From assembly GCA_951406725.2 (NCBI GenBank), contig OX597814.1, positions 210,924,001 through 210,988,000 of the forward strand: 64,000 bases of DNA, given 5' to 3'. Shown piece after piece: positions 1 to 16,370 of the stretch (position 1 is its first letter; each line of letters opens with the position of its first letter). Both the position numbers and the translations under genes were made by a program. The notes under the pieces are model-generated. The model saw nothing but the letters and a program-made list of their open reading frames with translations, had not been told where the DNA came from and ran no database searches. This DNA is from Octopus vulgaris (taxonomy: Eukaryota).

Positions 1-337
1 TTCATCCAGATTCTCTAGCAATACGTAAGCCAGTAAATGAGATACGATATTTAAATTCATGTAGATATCTTGAATAGCATGTGTTGTTCTTTTTTCTTAT
101 GTACGTACATGCATACCTATATAGATACATATACGCTTATTCTTTTACACATATACACATACATAAAAAGCCATACATACATGCATACAATTAAAGGGCG
201 AACTCGCATGCACACACACACACAGACACATGTATATATATATACGTTCATACAAACATATAAACTTACGTACATACGTTCATACATACACACATAATAC
301 ATTAAGTACATATATAAATAAATAAATGTATATGTAT

Positions 338-438
<101 letters not shown>

Positions 439-450
439 TGATAGATAGAC

Positions 451-507
<57 letters not shown>

Positions 508-830
508 TAGAAGAACAAAGAATTAACTAAAAATAAATTATTATCGTATCAACCTTAACATAGAGCTGCTTCCGCTGTAAGGTTTGGTGATTGTGTAACA
601 CTATATTGCATCATCGGGGTTTCAAACATGAAGTGTAGTTTATTTGGAAACACAATTGCATTTATGCACGTACGCAGGAAATGCATTACCGCTATGAAAG
701 CGTATAATTGGAGAATAAAACCTAACGTCTCCTCCCATAATTACAATAAATTTTATGTTTGGCGAAATTTCGTGTGACCTTTGCAATTTGAGCTTTTCGC
801 AGATCGTCATGCTTCGAACGGTAACATTTA

Positions 831-1216
831 TCTCTCTCTATATAAACGGCAGTTTGTCTGTGCGTGTTTCTGTGTGTCTGTTTTCTCGTACCCTCACTCT
901 GACCACGGCTTTCAACCGATTCTGATGAAACTTGACACACACATAGCCCAATGTCATAATTCAAAACTAACGCAGCGAAAATTTTGACAAGTTCCCCCAG
1001 TTCTGAAAAAAATCGATAAATTCGACATGGGGTCGAGAATCAGAAACCCAAACCGCAGACCGTCTAGGGGACGCAACTCCACCTTTTTTAACTCTCAAAA
1101 AAAATTTACCATCATTTTTTTTTCCATTTTTTTGCTATTTTTGGGCTATAACTCTCTAAAAATGCTTTATAGTTATTTCCCTTACAAACCTGAGCAACGC
1201 CGGGCGATACTGCTAG
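831..1216 (+). mobile_element. Non-autonomous Helitron
   Basis: Begins A|TCTCTCTCTATATAAA and ends with GC-rich hairpin cctgagcaacgccggg followed by CTAG|T. No TSD. The 3' ~130 bp is shared with copies at 29448 and 32753. Confidence 0.85.
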
Positions 1217-1340
1217 TTCTCAATAACTGCAGTGACTGTATGATGCGTTAAAAGGCCGCTACCCAGTATTCGTCAGATGAAGACGCGCTCTCCTACGACA
1301 TAGCAATTACCCAATTCACACTGCCGATATTATAAAGCGC

Positions 1341-1717
1341 GTGGAGGCGCAATGGCCCAGTGGTTAGGGCAGCGGACTCGCGGTCATAGGATCGCGGTTT
1401 CGATTCCCAGACCGGGCGTTGTGAGTGTTTATTGAGCGAAAACACCTAAAAGCTCCGGCAGGGGATGGTGGTGGTCCCTGCTGTACTCTTTCACCACAAC
1501 TTTCTCTCACTCTTACTTCCTGTTTCTGCTGTACCTGTATTTCAAAGGGCCGGCCTTGCCACTCTCTCTGTCACGCTGAATATCCCCGAGAACTACGTTA
1601 AGGGTACACGTGTCTGTGGAGTGCACAGCTACTTACACGTTAATTTCACGAGCAGGCTGTTCCGTTGATTCGGATCAACCGGAACCCTCATCGTCGTAAC
1701 CGACGGAGTGCTTCCAC
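1341..1717 (+). mobile_element. Full-length tRNA(Arg-like)-derived SINE, family A
   Basis: A-box (tggcccagtggttagg), TCG anticodon-like loop and B-box-like ggtttcgattccc. Perfect 12-bp TSD attataaagcgc at 1329-1340 and 1718-1729. Near-identical copy at 63162. Confidence 0.92.
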
Positions 1718-3160
1718 ATTATAAAGCGCAAACTTTAGGAACTTCTGGAGCTGGAAGTGCCTCCTCAGCTTTCCTACAGTCCATATCTTGAACAATTATA
1801 GCACACATTTTTCTAAGCCATGGCTTGTTTCAGGCACAGAAGACATTTCCATAACTTAGACGAGGTTGAAAATTGGTTGAGGAAAATTTCTGCCTGTAAT
1901 CTAGTCATGATATAATCGTTAAATTGAGCTTCGGGCACATTGATGTCAACAAACAACAGAATATGATTGGATGTATTTACCTGAACAGATGTTATCCTTA
2001 AGAATTTGATTGAATTGTTTGAATATAAATTAAGTCTTGACACAGGGGAAAACTTTTCTATGAACTTGGTATATATCAAGAGAAGAGAATGAGAGTAAAC
2101 CAAGAATATATCTCAGCTGGTAATTAGTATGCACACAAATATACGCACTTACACACACACACACTCACATACATAAACACACACTCTACACAGAAACCAA
2201 TAAACACACAAGGCAATAAACACACACACACAAACCAATAAACACACAATTGTGCGTAGAATATTACTTATAGACTTCAAATATATAGTAGGTATTTATA
2301 TCGAGCATTTTAAACAAACTTAATATTATTGTCAAATTAAGAGCAGTATCTTTTATAACTTTTTGTGCGCTCGAGTTCTGAATAGATTCCGGTTTTGTGT
2401 ACCCTGAGAACATACAGGTGGATATCGGTTTTGAAAATAGAGCATACACGTCGCTTTCATTAAGTGTACATGTCGAACAATCAAACAATGTCGGAAAATG
2501 TATATCTGTCAGTGGGAACACGTAAACACACACACAAACACACACATACTCACAGACACAGACACACACAAACACACACACGCTTACAAACACATTAGTG
2601 TACGCACACCCAGGCAAAAATACAAATAAACCTTTCTATATATATATATATATATATATATCTATGCACGAACTGCATACATTCACCCTCCCACATATAT
2701 AGTGAGAGAATGAGAGAAAGTGAGAGGGAGAAAAACATGACTATATATGCATATACACACATAAAGATATATATATACATATATGTGTGTGTTTGCACAT
2801 GTGTATATATATGTATATGTGTGTGTATGTATACATATATATACAAATATATACGTATGTATGTATGTGTGTATATATATATATATGTGTGTGTGTACAT
2901 ATATGTATGTAAATATATATATATATATACATACGTACCATGTAGCACGTATGCGCAGGTATTTTCTGCATGTGTCTGGGTGTGCGAATATTCTTGCGTG
3001 TGTGACCATGTTTGTGGATTTGAGTGTGTTCGTATTCACACACAGAGATATAAAATGTACGACATAGTTTGATTAATCAACTCGTACGAACAATAAAAAC
3101 GACGTGTATGTTCTATTTTGAAAGCCGATATGAACCTTCATGTATATGTATACACACACA

Positions 3161-3267
<107 letters not shown>

Positions 3268-3801
3268 TAAAATGTACATATAGATTTTTAAATTTAAACA
3301 TAGGTTGAAATTTATCAAGTAGTTAGCGTGAATAGACCTCTGTATTTATTATGGTAGTTTTGACGTGCCCCTTATAAATTGAAGCATTTATGTTTAATAA
3401 TGTCCTTCATATAAATAAGTGTATTTAAAAGGAATAATTATAATTTACCCCTTTTGAGGTTTTTCACATTGACTACTTGATAAATTCTTATAAAGATATT
3501 GTCCTATTTTAAAATTTTAATTTTTACCGGAATATATTCAGTACTGATTTATTCTGAAAGTGCACGTGTACCGAGCTGTAATTCGAAAAGCCTGCCTCTT
3601 AAGTAGGTATATACGAGTGAACAACTCTAATATACTATGTTGGATGCATATGGGGTTCATCTGGTATGCTGATTTTTGTTCATTTTTGAGTAACGTGATT
3701 ATGCCTGCACTGGCGATTAAAAAGTGTATTTTTTGCACTAATTATGAAATCATATGATCTGCGACTGAATCTCTTTTTAAGGAGGTCGCTTCAAGTGTTA
3801 C

Positions 3802-3840
<39 letters not shown>

Positions 3841-4317
3841 TTCTTACTTTCGCTTCCTTCGTAAAGATAACACGAGCTTTTACCTGTCTCTTCTCAGAGC
3901 TCGTCGTTCTAACGTTCATAATCTTCAAATCGTTTTGGTTTAACAGCCCGTTTGTTTTATAATGTTGTTCTCACTGTCCTGTTTTTGTTACCACTTCCAT
4001 TCTCCGCAAAACATCCCAAATTTTATTTAGTTTGCTTTGCGGGAAGGATTGTTTTAATGAAATCGCGCCTTGTCATAATCTCCAAAACGCGGAGTAGATG
4101 AAACAGGGGTCAACTGATAAAGTGGAATGTTCTTTATGCTGCCTGTCTCATTTCTCTGTTTGTTTGTTTGTTTTTTGGGTGTTCGAAAAAGTTTGTTTTC
4201 TAAGTTTTCGTTTCTGTTTTCGTTTCATATTGTCTCCGTTTTCTTTGATGTCCTGTACCCAAATGCGCAGGTATATAAACATGAATATGAAGGTGTGTAA
4301 ATATATATTTACGTATG

Positions 4318-4394
<77 letters not shown>

Positions 4395-4438
4395 CAAAAT
4401 AAATATATATATGAGCAACAAGAATAACTTCGGTAATT

Positions 4439-4510
<72 letters not shown>

Positions 4511-4922
4511 ATGTGTGTGTGTCTGTATGTATACAAAGTAGGAGAGAGCCAGAGACACACTAATATGACAGTATGTGTGCATGTCGAATGATAAGGCTAT
4601 GACTTAATTTCTTTATCTAAATTTGTGAATACGCATATACGTATACACAGGAACACACACACATACACACATACCCACACATAAACACACACAAGTATGT
4701 ACATACACCCAGACACAAACACAAACACTCATGCATATGCGGGCTTGTTTGTACGTCTCGCTCTCTCTTTCTCTCTCTCTGTATATATATATATATATAT
4801 ATTAGAGCCTTCTTGATATTCGTTCGTGAAGCCGAGCCATGAATAGTAATGATTACATAACAAAATGAACATGACCTCGATATTACGTAAATAGAGGAAA
4901 TTATATCTAATATATGTTACAA

Positions 4923-5220
4923 TTATTCGGTTACCATAATAAAACTCCTTGTTTCGGATGTCGGGGCAGAAAACTACTCCCGTATCTCGTAAGTTATCGA
5001 AGCAATCAAAAAATGGTCTGAAAATGTTATACAAAGGGAAATTACTATGTAATTAACAAATGAGCCATTATTAAGACAAATGAGCTATTAGAACGACCGT
5101 TAAAAAGGGGGAATGGTCATTTTCAAAGCATTTTTGATTGCCTCGAAAACTGACTTGATGCCGTAGCAGTTTTCTGCCCCGACATCCGAAACTCGGAGTC
5201 TTATTATAACAACCGAATAA
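4923..5220. mobile_element. MITE with ~100-bp imperfect terminal inverted repeats
   Basis: 4923-5027 (ttattcggtt...tttcggatgtcggggcagaaaact...gaaaatg) is the reverse complement of 5118-5220. No ORF. Confidence 0.8.
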
Positions 5221-5608
5221 ATGACACGCATTATATTATATTATATTATATTATATTATATTATATTATATTATATATATACATATATGTGTGTATATGT
5301 ACATATGTAGACGTTGTAAACGCTCGAGGTTTATGTTTATGTATTGTGACAGTATGGTTGTGTGTACTATTTATATTTTATCTTATTTCCTTCACCACAT
5401 ATTAGAGTTACTTCCCTTTTATTTAATGTTTTTTTTTTCGATACAGTCTGTTGCCATTTATAACCGACGAGAGTGCATCGTAGCTCTTTGCTCCGATATT
5501 GGAAACTCCGAATACTATAAAGACAACCCTTTACTGTCTGTTCTAAATTATAACATATATAACTAATTCTCTGTTTCTCTAATACCGCGGTCTCATTTTT
5601 TGTTGTTA

Positions 5609-5610
<2 letters not shown>

Positions 5611-5675
<65 letters not shown>

Positions 5676-5697
5676 GTTATTATTATTATTATTATTA

Positions 5698-5738
<41 letters not shown>

Positions 5739-5770
5739 ATAATAGTAATTATTGTTATTATTGTGATTAT
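5611..5770. repeat. (ATT)n microsatellite
   Basis: Direct reading. Confidence 0.95.
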
Positions 5771-6663
5771 ACGCACACACACATATATATCTTTACATGT
5801 ATATATGTGTGTGAGTGCTCTGTGTGTGGTTAAGTAGACAGACACGAAGCACTATTGTATAGTCACTCTTATATTAAGTTAGTTTACAACGTCGTTAAGT
5901 ATGTCACGTTGTGATGTGCTCCACATTATGTTATGCGTGATTATGGTAACTTACATCATGTCATATTTCATTTAATTCTATGACACCGTTACTTTTTATT
6001 ACTCTTTGCTATAATGCGTGATATACGTGAAATATTTTGTGACATATAATATTAATTTATAATGCAATGCGTCATATGTTAACATTTATAATGCATACAT
6101 TTTCCATTTATTTTACTGTTGATGTGTGTCCGCATAAGAGCGAACTGCCAGTGTTGTTCTTGGCTCGGATAAATCGCTACAAGATTGTTTATCATTCTTT
6201 GTACAATAAATAAAATTACCGCCAGTCAAACTTTGTATTTTCGCCTCAGATATTCGCTACATAAATTATCACGGCTGGGCTTCTTTCTATTCTCCTATTC
6301 TACGTTTGGTTGCCTCTCACATTATGGGAGAAATCGGCTATACAGCAACTTGAGTGATAGCCCCAGCAATGTATAAAAGTGCCAGAGCTCCGTATCATGA
6401 CACTTGCTTGAGACAACTCTTAAGATGAAGCACCCGGAGCAAACATATATCTTGTATATAAGTATAATGGATTGCCATCTTGTATCATATAGTGTCATCT
6501 TGGTAGAATACATTGCATTCTACCAAGTTGACGATATATTATGGTTATATTATGTACGAACGTAAGCTATGTATTTTATAAATATCCTGTCCAATCTTGA
6601 ATCTTGCATTGCTTTATTTAGATGGAAATGCATAACAGAGACGTTGGTAGCGAGTGCGTATCA

Positions 6664-6700
<37 letters not shown>

Positions 6701-6723
6701 TACAAACACACAAGCACACATAC

Positions 6724-6768
<45 letters not shown>

Positions 6769-7989
6769 TATATATATATGCATCATGATACATCATGATA
6801 CATCAACGGATTACTCACGTATGTACTTGCTTTGAACTGCTGTGTAGAACATTTCGTAATGTTTTTAAAATGAAACTGTTACACTTTCCCAATTTGCTTC
6901 CATTAAATCGAGAATGCTAGTAATTTGGATGAATAATACTCAACGTCATTATGTCAGTAGCCCTGTAAGATGAAGCAATTTCAGTTCGGTGTAATAGAAA
7001 CATCTTGAAACGAAATTCAAATCTCTATTGACTTTCAATGATTCAGGAAACATTTCTAACGTCCTCAATTTATAAAGCATAAACAAACACATTCTGCAAC
7101 ATTTATCATGAGAGTTACGGAAAATGTTTAATTTCTTTTATAGAAATAATGGATTACGTGTCTAAATCTTAATTTTTGCTTTGACTTCTTTCAAGTTTTC
7201 CTCCTTCACCCACTGCATTTATTGTAAATCATCAACTACGATGAATGATATTATAATGTGTATTATACACCAAGCTATTTATTGTTTTTTTTTTCCATAT
7301 AATCATTGATTGCATGTTTCCAAGTGATGGTGAGAAATGTCTGACAAAACATAATTGGACAGATATTTTCAAATCCATATGATATTCCGGTTATTGAATG
7401 AATAGTCATAAAAAATATAAATACAAGCGGAAGCTAACATTAAAACGAAAGTCCTCGTATTTTTCTGAGACAATGCGTGTATGCTTGTGTTTGATTAAGA
7501 ATGCCAAGAAACACTGTATTTCAAGTATTTATATCAAAACGGAAAACATGCACAATAATAACTTCGTTGAAAAGACTATAATATTTATTTCTCAGTTTCA
7601 AGCACCAAAAACGTTGGTGTAGTGGAATGTTATTGGAACCAACATTTTACGATGAACAGAATGCAAAAGAATTAATACTGAAAACTTAAATTGATTTCAA
7701 TTGTATTGAAACAAAATCATATACAAGCATCTTAAAGATATATAAATTTGAACATATACATAATAAATTCACACACATATTTACATACATGCATACATAC
7801 TTATATACATACACACACATACATATATATATATATACATGCATGTATATGATTATATACTAACACAAATGTATGTATATAAATATATACATACACACAT
7901 ATATATATATATATATGTACATTTGTATGTATGTATGTATATATATATATATGTGTGTGTGTGTACTTATATATAAGTTCATATATATG

Positions 7990-8030
<41 letters not shown>

Positions 8031-8032
8031 TT

Positions 8033-9059
<1,027 letters not shown>

Positions 9060-9087
9060 TATGTATATATATACCTATATATATACG

Positions 9088-9139
<52 letters not shown>

Positions 9140-9149
9140 TAATATATAT

Positions 9150-9350
9150 ATAACGAGAAGCTTTATGAAAATAAACAAAAGACGATATGGAATACAAACA
9201 AACAATTGTATTAGTATGGCGCTCAGGAATATAAATAAAACAAGCCTTTTACGTTTCGAGCCTACGCTCTTCAACAGAAAGATACACAGACAAGAAACAC
9301 GGAGAGAAACAAAGAGAAAAAAATGCGTGCAGAAGCTAGCGAATCAACAT
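9150..9350 (-). mobile_element. Penelope-like terminal-repeat fragment with minimal hammerhead-like motif (copy 1)
   Basis: High similarity to 58941-59150. Minus strand of 9245-9282 reads TCTTT-CTGTTGA-A-GAGC-GTAG-GCTC-GAAACGTA-AAAGG. Abuts (TA)n. Confidence 0.7.
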
Positions 9351-11134
9351 GGTGACACACACGCACACACACATACACACACAGACACACATACACATAT
9401 ATATATATATATATACACACACACTTTATTTTCTACTTATTTGAATCAGTGAACAGCTGCCCAGCTGAGACATTATCGTGCACTGCTACTTAAACAAATC
9501 TTCCTCAGTTATATTGTTACGTGTAGTGTTTATCAATGACATTTCCTGAACCACTAGGTTACAGGGTCATAAACTAACCTTACTGGGTGTTGATGAATAT
9601 TGAGGGCAATCAAAAGTGTATAAAGCACACATGTTTCCAAATACTCTTAAAGGTGAAACTGTTCGTCGTTTCTGTGCCGAACAAGAGATTTGTTCTAGAT
9701 GATGTAAAGTGGAAAGCAGCTTCATCCACCATACACGCACGCGCATACACGTATACACCCTTACACACATCACATACATCACACACCTCCATACACTGGA
9801 GTTTTGAAATATAAGGATTTACATGTTGTTATAAACATCGGTTATATGTTTTGCTATCTTAGTCCAAATAACACTGCTTAATTTCATTTGCGTATATGTG
9901 TTTGTCTGTGTGTACAAATATTTTTTTTCCATATATAAATAGATGATTATAAACCCACAATTTATAATTCTCTAGTCACGTCTCAATAGTAGGCACTCAG
10001 TTAATTATATAATCATAAAATGAACTGATAAATAAATTATAAGAAGTCGACTCTGTGGCATTTTGTTTGTTTGCTGTAAATAAGTTTCGGTAATTTTCTA
10101 TAAAAAAAAATTATTGTTTTGATGTAACAATGTAAATCTATGATTGGCGCAAATAATATTTATGATGACTATGTTCAAATGCGGAGACCATGCCGCACAA
10201 TTATCTTGATTTCTCAAGTGAAACACTAATAACTCTGTTACGATGAATTGATTATAGCTAAAAGCGTTTAAAATATCATAGTGTGTCTAATTTATTTTTC
10301 AAATATTTCATATTTATGATTTCAAGAGATTTAGATTAGATAGCTCCAAACCATATTATTTACAGTAAATAAGTTATTTGAAAAACATAAAATACATGAA
10401 ACACTATAAATTGTATCGATTCTTATTGAGAAGAAATGTTGCTAACAGGGGAATATGTAAAATAAAATTATCATCTTCGCAAAAATAGAGAAGGTACCAA
10501 CTAAAGAGTGATAATAACAGAAATCAAATTGAAACGTACGGCATTTGGTGTAACAGAAGTGAAATCACCAAATGAAATCATCACTCACCGAATTGTTATA
10601 TGTTTATTACATTTTCCTATAGTCTCTATTCTTCCTTGTAGTGTTTCTAATTCCGCCATGGCTTATACTAATTTGTGTGAATTTTATTAAGGAAAATATA
10701 ACTTTATTTTTGCCTAAATCTTGATTCGTAACATGCGAAGATCCTGTAGATGTTTATGCTTATTAGAAGATTTCTAGACTTGGAAGAAATGAGACATCAA
10801 ATTACGCAGGAAAGTAGCTTTCAGTTTAATACAATTTCCCTGTCATATATTGCAACGTCTAGGTGAATCGAAGTAATCAGGTTAAGTCAGTTGATACACA
10901 TTCAGAGCATGGAGCCTAATAAACATGCGCATAGAATTACACGCTTCGTACACAAACATAAACATCATAAAAGTCTTTGACGCCCAATAGACTATTGTGG
11001 ATTCGGTCATTTCTCTACTGTACATCCCATTTAAAAGATAAAGAACTAATAAGTTTAAAACTGGCGGCGGAAAATAATTTCTTCGACAATAATTTACTAA
11101 AGCAAATTGTTAGTAATATAAATATGTAGTCATA

Positions 11135-11370
11135 TATAGGCGGCGAGCTGGTAGACACGTTAGCGCGCCGGGCGGAATGCTTAGCGGTATTTCGTCTGTC
11201 GTTACGTTCTGAGTTCAAATTCCGCCGAGGTCGACTTTGCCTTTCATCCTTTCGGGGTCGATAAATAAAAGTACCAGTTTCGCACTGGGGTCGATGTAAT
11301 CGACTTAATCCGTTTGTCTGTCCTTGTTTGTCCTCTCTATGTTTAGCCCCTTGTGGGCATTAAAGAAATA
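11135..11370 (+). mobile_element. tRNA-derived SINE, family B
   Basis: Head ggcggcgagctggtagacacgttagc...gagttcaaattcc and conserved body gaggtcgactttgcctttcatcctttcggggtcgataaa. 20-bp TSD aatataaatatgtagtcata at 11115-11134 and 11371-11390. Confidence 0.92.
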
Positions 11371-11699
11371 AATATAAATATGTAGTCATACTGTTTTTGT
11401 AGTCATACTACACGTTTAATACTAATGCTAGAGGAGAAGGATTCACATTCGGTTTAAAAAAATAATCGTTAATAAAGCACCGTAGGATGAAAACGTGAAA
11501 AGTAAATGAGTTATACAAATAAAACTAATATATTATTATTGCCAACTGAATGCGCATGAATTACCGAAAAAAATAAGTAAAAGCCACTGAGATATTTATA
11601 CATATACAAGATTTAAATTAAAACTAGTGTTACCCAAAATAAATAACACGATAATTTCAAAGAGACAATCATAAATATATACAGTCTATGTAGTATTAC

Positions 11700-11917
11700 C
11701 TATTACTTTACTACCCACAAGGGGCTAAATACAGAGAGGACAATCGGATTAAGTCGATTATATCAACCCCAGTGCATAACTAGTACTTACTTTATCGCCC
11801 CCGAAAGGATAAAAGGCAAAGTCGACCTCGGCGGAATTTGAACGCAGGACGTAACGGCAGACGGAATACCGCTAAACATTTCGCCCGGCGTGCTAACGTT
11901 TCTGCCTGCTCGCCGCT
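11700..11917 (-). mobile_element. SINE family B, inverted relative to the 11135 copy
   Basis: Reverse complement matches 11139-11370 along its length. Confidence 0.9.
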
Positions 11918-13369
11918 ATAAACTATTCTAGAAATGATTATTCGGTCATGCATAAGGTCATTTCATGTGTTAGCCTCGAGTTATTGATGTCACATAATAG
12001 ACTGCAACTGATATTCGGATTGTCTCACAACACGTTCACTTGTCAGTAGAGACGGTGATCATATGTGTTTGTGTGTATGGAGTAGAATCTGTGAAAATTT
12101 CGTGTAGCAAAACCTGTCGTTCATGTCTTTGTGAAAGGGTTGCATGTGTGTAAGTTCGTGCGTCGTTGTGTGTGCGAGCGTGTATGGCTTTCAGGACCCG
12201 TCAATATATATTTATTGTTCATTTTCTGGGGGTATATGGAGCAAATCTTGTTTCGATTTTATGACGTTCTTCTTTCATTCCAAATAAGCAGAGAATAAAG
12301 TATTTTCTGCCCTTATACTATATTCACACAATTACCTGCAAAGCATAGAAGGACACACGCACTCACACTGGCACAAAATACACACAGAGAAAAATATACA
12401 CTTACCTGCAAAGCATAAAATCACGCACACATTCACGCACACAAACAGCACACACACACACATACACACACACACACGCACTGATAAAAAACTTACAAAC
12501 ACACACAAATATATGCTCATTAGCCTAAGGGGCCTAGCTTTTAGCAGGGATGGTAAGGCTTGTCCAACATCCGTCAGCGTCACATCCTCAAAGTCATCTA
12601 CCAACTGAATGCTCATATGCACATACGCGGTAGATGCATATATGATCTTCTATAGCTCAGATTTTAGTGGCACGCTGTGGTGCGGATGTGTCATTTCATT
12701 TCACACAGATATTTTATGAACTGATAGCTTCAATTTTCATATAAATCTAGATACAGGTTCCTATCGTAATGCCATATTGGGTGTATATATCTCAACATAT
12801 TGTATTAGTAGTACAATATGTGGCCTTATGTTTCCTAACATATTGATAGAATGCTAACCTGGGTTTCCTATCACCATATCCCCTTCAGTGTTCCCCTATT
12901 CCCTCTTCCGTGATGTTAGCAATTTCCGCAATATAAGCTCAATTGTATTTTGTATATTCGACCGATAAACATTTTAACATGCATGCAGCTTATCTCGTTT
13001 CGCAGTTCACCTCTATGTTCGTATTAGAAATAAATCTATGTTCATTGCTGAATGCGGTCCTGTCAAATGCGTATGTCCTACTTACTTTTGATCTAATACA
13101 TTCGATTGGTTTCTCAATAAGGGTCCCCAAAAACCTACAAGCGAACTCCATTGCACCATTCTGTTCTCTTATCTACAACTTACTAATCGATTTGTAGTCT
13201 ATTACATCGTTTCTTACGTTATCTCAGGCGAATCTCATTTGCATCATTTAGATTTTCTAACATTTTCTTTGATTCCTTTACCCCTTAATTACATGTTTTG
13301 GGTGCAACCGGAAAACGGCATGCGGCACATGAGGTCAAGTGAGTTTTTTTTTAACCCGGAGACCTGTCC

Positions 13370-13660
13370 AGGCACCAATTGTGTTTCTTTTGGCTTGGTT
13401 TCTACACTAGATGCTCTTCCTAATGCAAACCATTTCACAGAGTCTGCTGGGTGCTTTTTACGTGACACCAGCACAGGTGTTTTCTACGTGGAACCGATAC
13501 ATATGCATTTTATGTGACACCTGAATGGGAGATTATTACGTGGTAAATTTTAGAGGGTACCGGCACCGGTTATTCGAAGTGGACACCGGCAAGGGGGCTT
13601 CCTACATGACATTGGTAGTGCCACCGGCTTGAGTGTTTTTATGTAACATCAACACTTGGA
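13370..13660 (-). mobile_element. Degraded SINE or LINE-tail fragment with imperfect ~30-bp tandem units
   Basis: ggtttctacactagatgctcttcctaatgcaaacca resembles a widespread retroposon tail motif (recalled, not verified), followed by repeated tttt(t)a(c/t)gtg...acc units. Confidence 0.4.
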
Positions 13661-13708
13661 GACTGGAGAGGAAGGACCTATCGGCTGAGAGAAGGACATG
13701 GCCTCAGT

Positions 13709-13802
<94 letters not shown>

Positions 13803-14699
13803 TTGTCTGTGTATTTGAGTTGCGTGAGTGGATGTAGACTCAATCACACATTTGCTCTCATGTACACGTTGCTACATATGTATGTGTAAGGGTATATTTA
13901 AGAGATAAATGCATAAATGGATAGACGTGTAGAGAGGAATCGAAAGAGATATGAAAGGAGAAGAGTACTATATAGTCATTTGCTTAGAATTGTAGACACT
14001 AAAGGAAAATCCGAATTGTAAATGTAGAAAAGAGACACATTGGGGGAATAGATCTATGCATGGACTATAGAAAGCAAGAGATATCAATGCAACTGTGAAT
14101 AAAAACAAATACAAATAGAGGGGAATACATTAAATATGAAATTACAGAGTGAATTTACCTCGACACTAGACGTAATCTTTGTACTTCGAAAAGCAGTGGA
14201 GTATCAATTATGGAGGATAGCATAAAGATTAGAATAAGTATTTTGTTTAATGAATAATAATAAATCGATAGCCTGCCAGGTTGTACGCACAGTTCTCACT
14301 GTTTATTCGGAAACCGAAGGCATGTTTTAATTTAAGCGGTTGTAAGTGAATCAAAAAGTCACGTCACGCTCTGATAGGATTCAAAATAGTAACTCTCGTG
14401 TTGCGCTAAACAATATAACTCTTAACTTACTGTAGATTGTTTATAGAAAATGTTGTGATAAGTAGACAATTACATGAAACCTCACATTACAATAGATAAA
14501 AGCTATCGTTAAGCTCGTATGTATAGGTTTTAAAACGAAGTTTTGAAAAAAACGCATTTCTATACATGTTTATTTTCGCAAAATACATATACGTATGTAT
14601 ATATGTATATATATATATATACCATTCAATCAATCAATATATATATATATATATGTGATTGTGTGTTTGAGTATGTGCGCGTATATATCTATGCATATA

Positions 14700-14750
<51 letters not shown>

Positions 14751-14785
14751 TGTGTGTTTGAGTGTGTGCGCGTATATATCTATGC

Positions 14786-14838
<53 letters not shown>

Positions 14839-14839
14839 C

Positions 14840-14874
<35 letters not shown>

Positions 14875-15420
14875 ATACCTATGCATATTCGCACATATAG
14901 CAAACACACGCATATATATGTATGTATGCATGTATGTGTGTATACACGTATATATACATGTATCCTCTAAGTTTGGACTTCTATCATATTTAAACCAAAA
15001 GCAGATTGTTCTTCATCTATAATTGCTATCATCATTAAAACAACAATAGGCCTTTGCTTCCACAAATATTTGTCGTATTTGACACACAGATATTTCAGAA
15101 AATTATCTATTCATAATGCCAACGTCAGACCTATATTGTTTATAGTCTATGATAAGAAGCCTGTGAAATACATATGATCATTGAACTATATTGCAATAAA
15201 AGCATAATTCAGTCTGATTACATGTTATTATAATTTCGCAATTCCTCTGGCATCAATTTCGTTTAAAGCCTCAATGATTATGTGATATGAGAAAACAAAC
15301 TATATTGTATTTTGCATGTATTTTTCAATTCGCCTTGTTATCGCCTTTCCCATATATGTATACAAATCAAACACTAACACAACTTACCACACACGCGCAC
15401 AAGACCACATGCACACACAC

Positions 15421-15536
<116 letters not shown>

Positions 15537-16167
15537 ATATATATATATGTATGCATATATATGTATATATTTATATGCATCTGTATATGTGTGTTCATGT
15601 ATGAAGTATGATTGTCTATGTTTTCCATCATTTTCTCGAAAATGAATGTATATTTTCTATATCCCTCTAAAAGCATTTGTTCAGTATAATATTGACATTT
15701 TTCTCTCATCTTCTTTTGCTCAATTAGATTGTTGGTAAATGTTCTCCTGACATTACCTGCAATTTATGTGTATCGGCAATATAATTGTTTAATGATTATG
15801 CCATTACTTTCATCTATTGTCTGGCTATATGGATGTTCGTGCTTAACAGTGAGATTCCTGTATTGCAGCCTATGTAGATTGCGCTTAGATGCCGCGGAAA
15901 GTCGTGTTTTTATTATATTGAATTCGTTTTTGTGAGGTTATTTTGATTTATATACCTACCTATCAACATACATACATGCGTACATACGTACATATATACA
16001 TACGTACATGATACGTTCATACATACATATGTGTGTAGGTGGAGTGTTAAAGAAATTGTTATAAATTTTGGAATTTTTTGTTCAAATCTATACTTGCACA
16101 TTACGTTTCACTCCAGTTAATGTGTAATCTAAATAATAATGGTCATTTATTATTAATGATGATGGTA

Positions 16168-16300
16168 ACAAAAACAACAACAACAGCAACAAAAAACAAC
16201 AGCATCAATAATAATGATAATAATAATAATAAAAATAATAATAATGATGATTATAATAATGATAATGATAATGATGATGATGATGATGAAGATGATGATG

Positions 16301-16365
<65 letters not shown>

Positions 16366-16370
16366 CATGA
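16168..16370. repeat. Compound (AAC)/(AAT)/(GAT)n microsatellite
   Basis: Direct reading. Confidence 0.95.

Noticed and set aside
1341-1418. tRNA-Arg gene
   Set aside because: The tRNA-like head continues into a repeated body bounded by a TSD, with a second copy at 63162; it is a SINE.
1465-1668. Apparently conserved small protein duplicated at 63215-63466
   Set aside because: The similarity arises from two copies of the same SINE.
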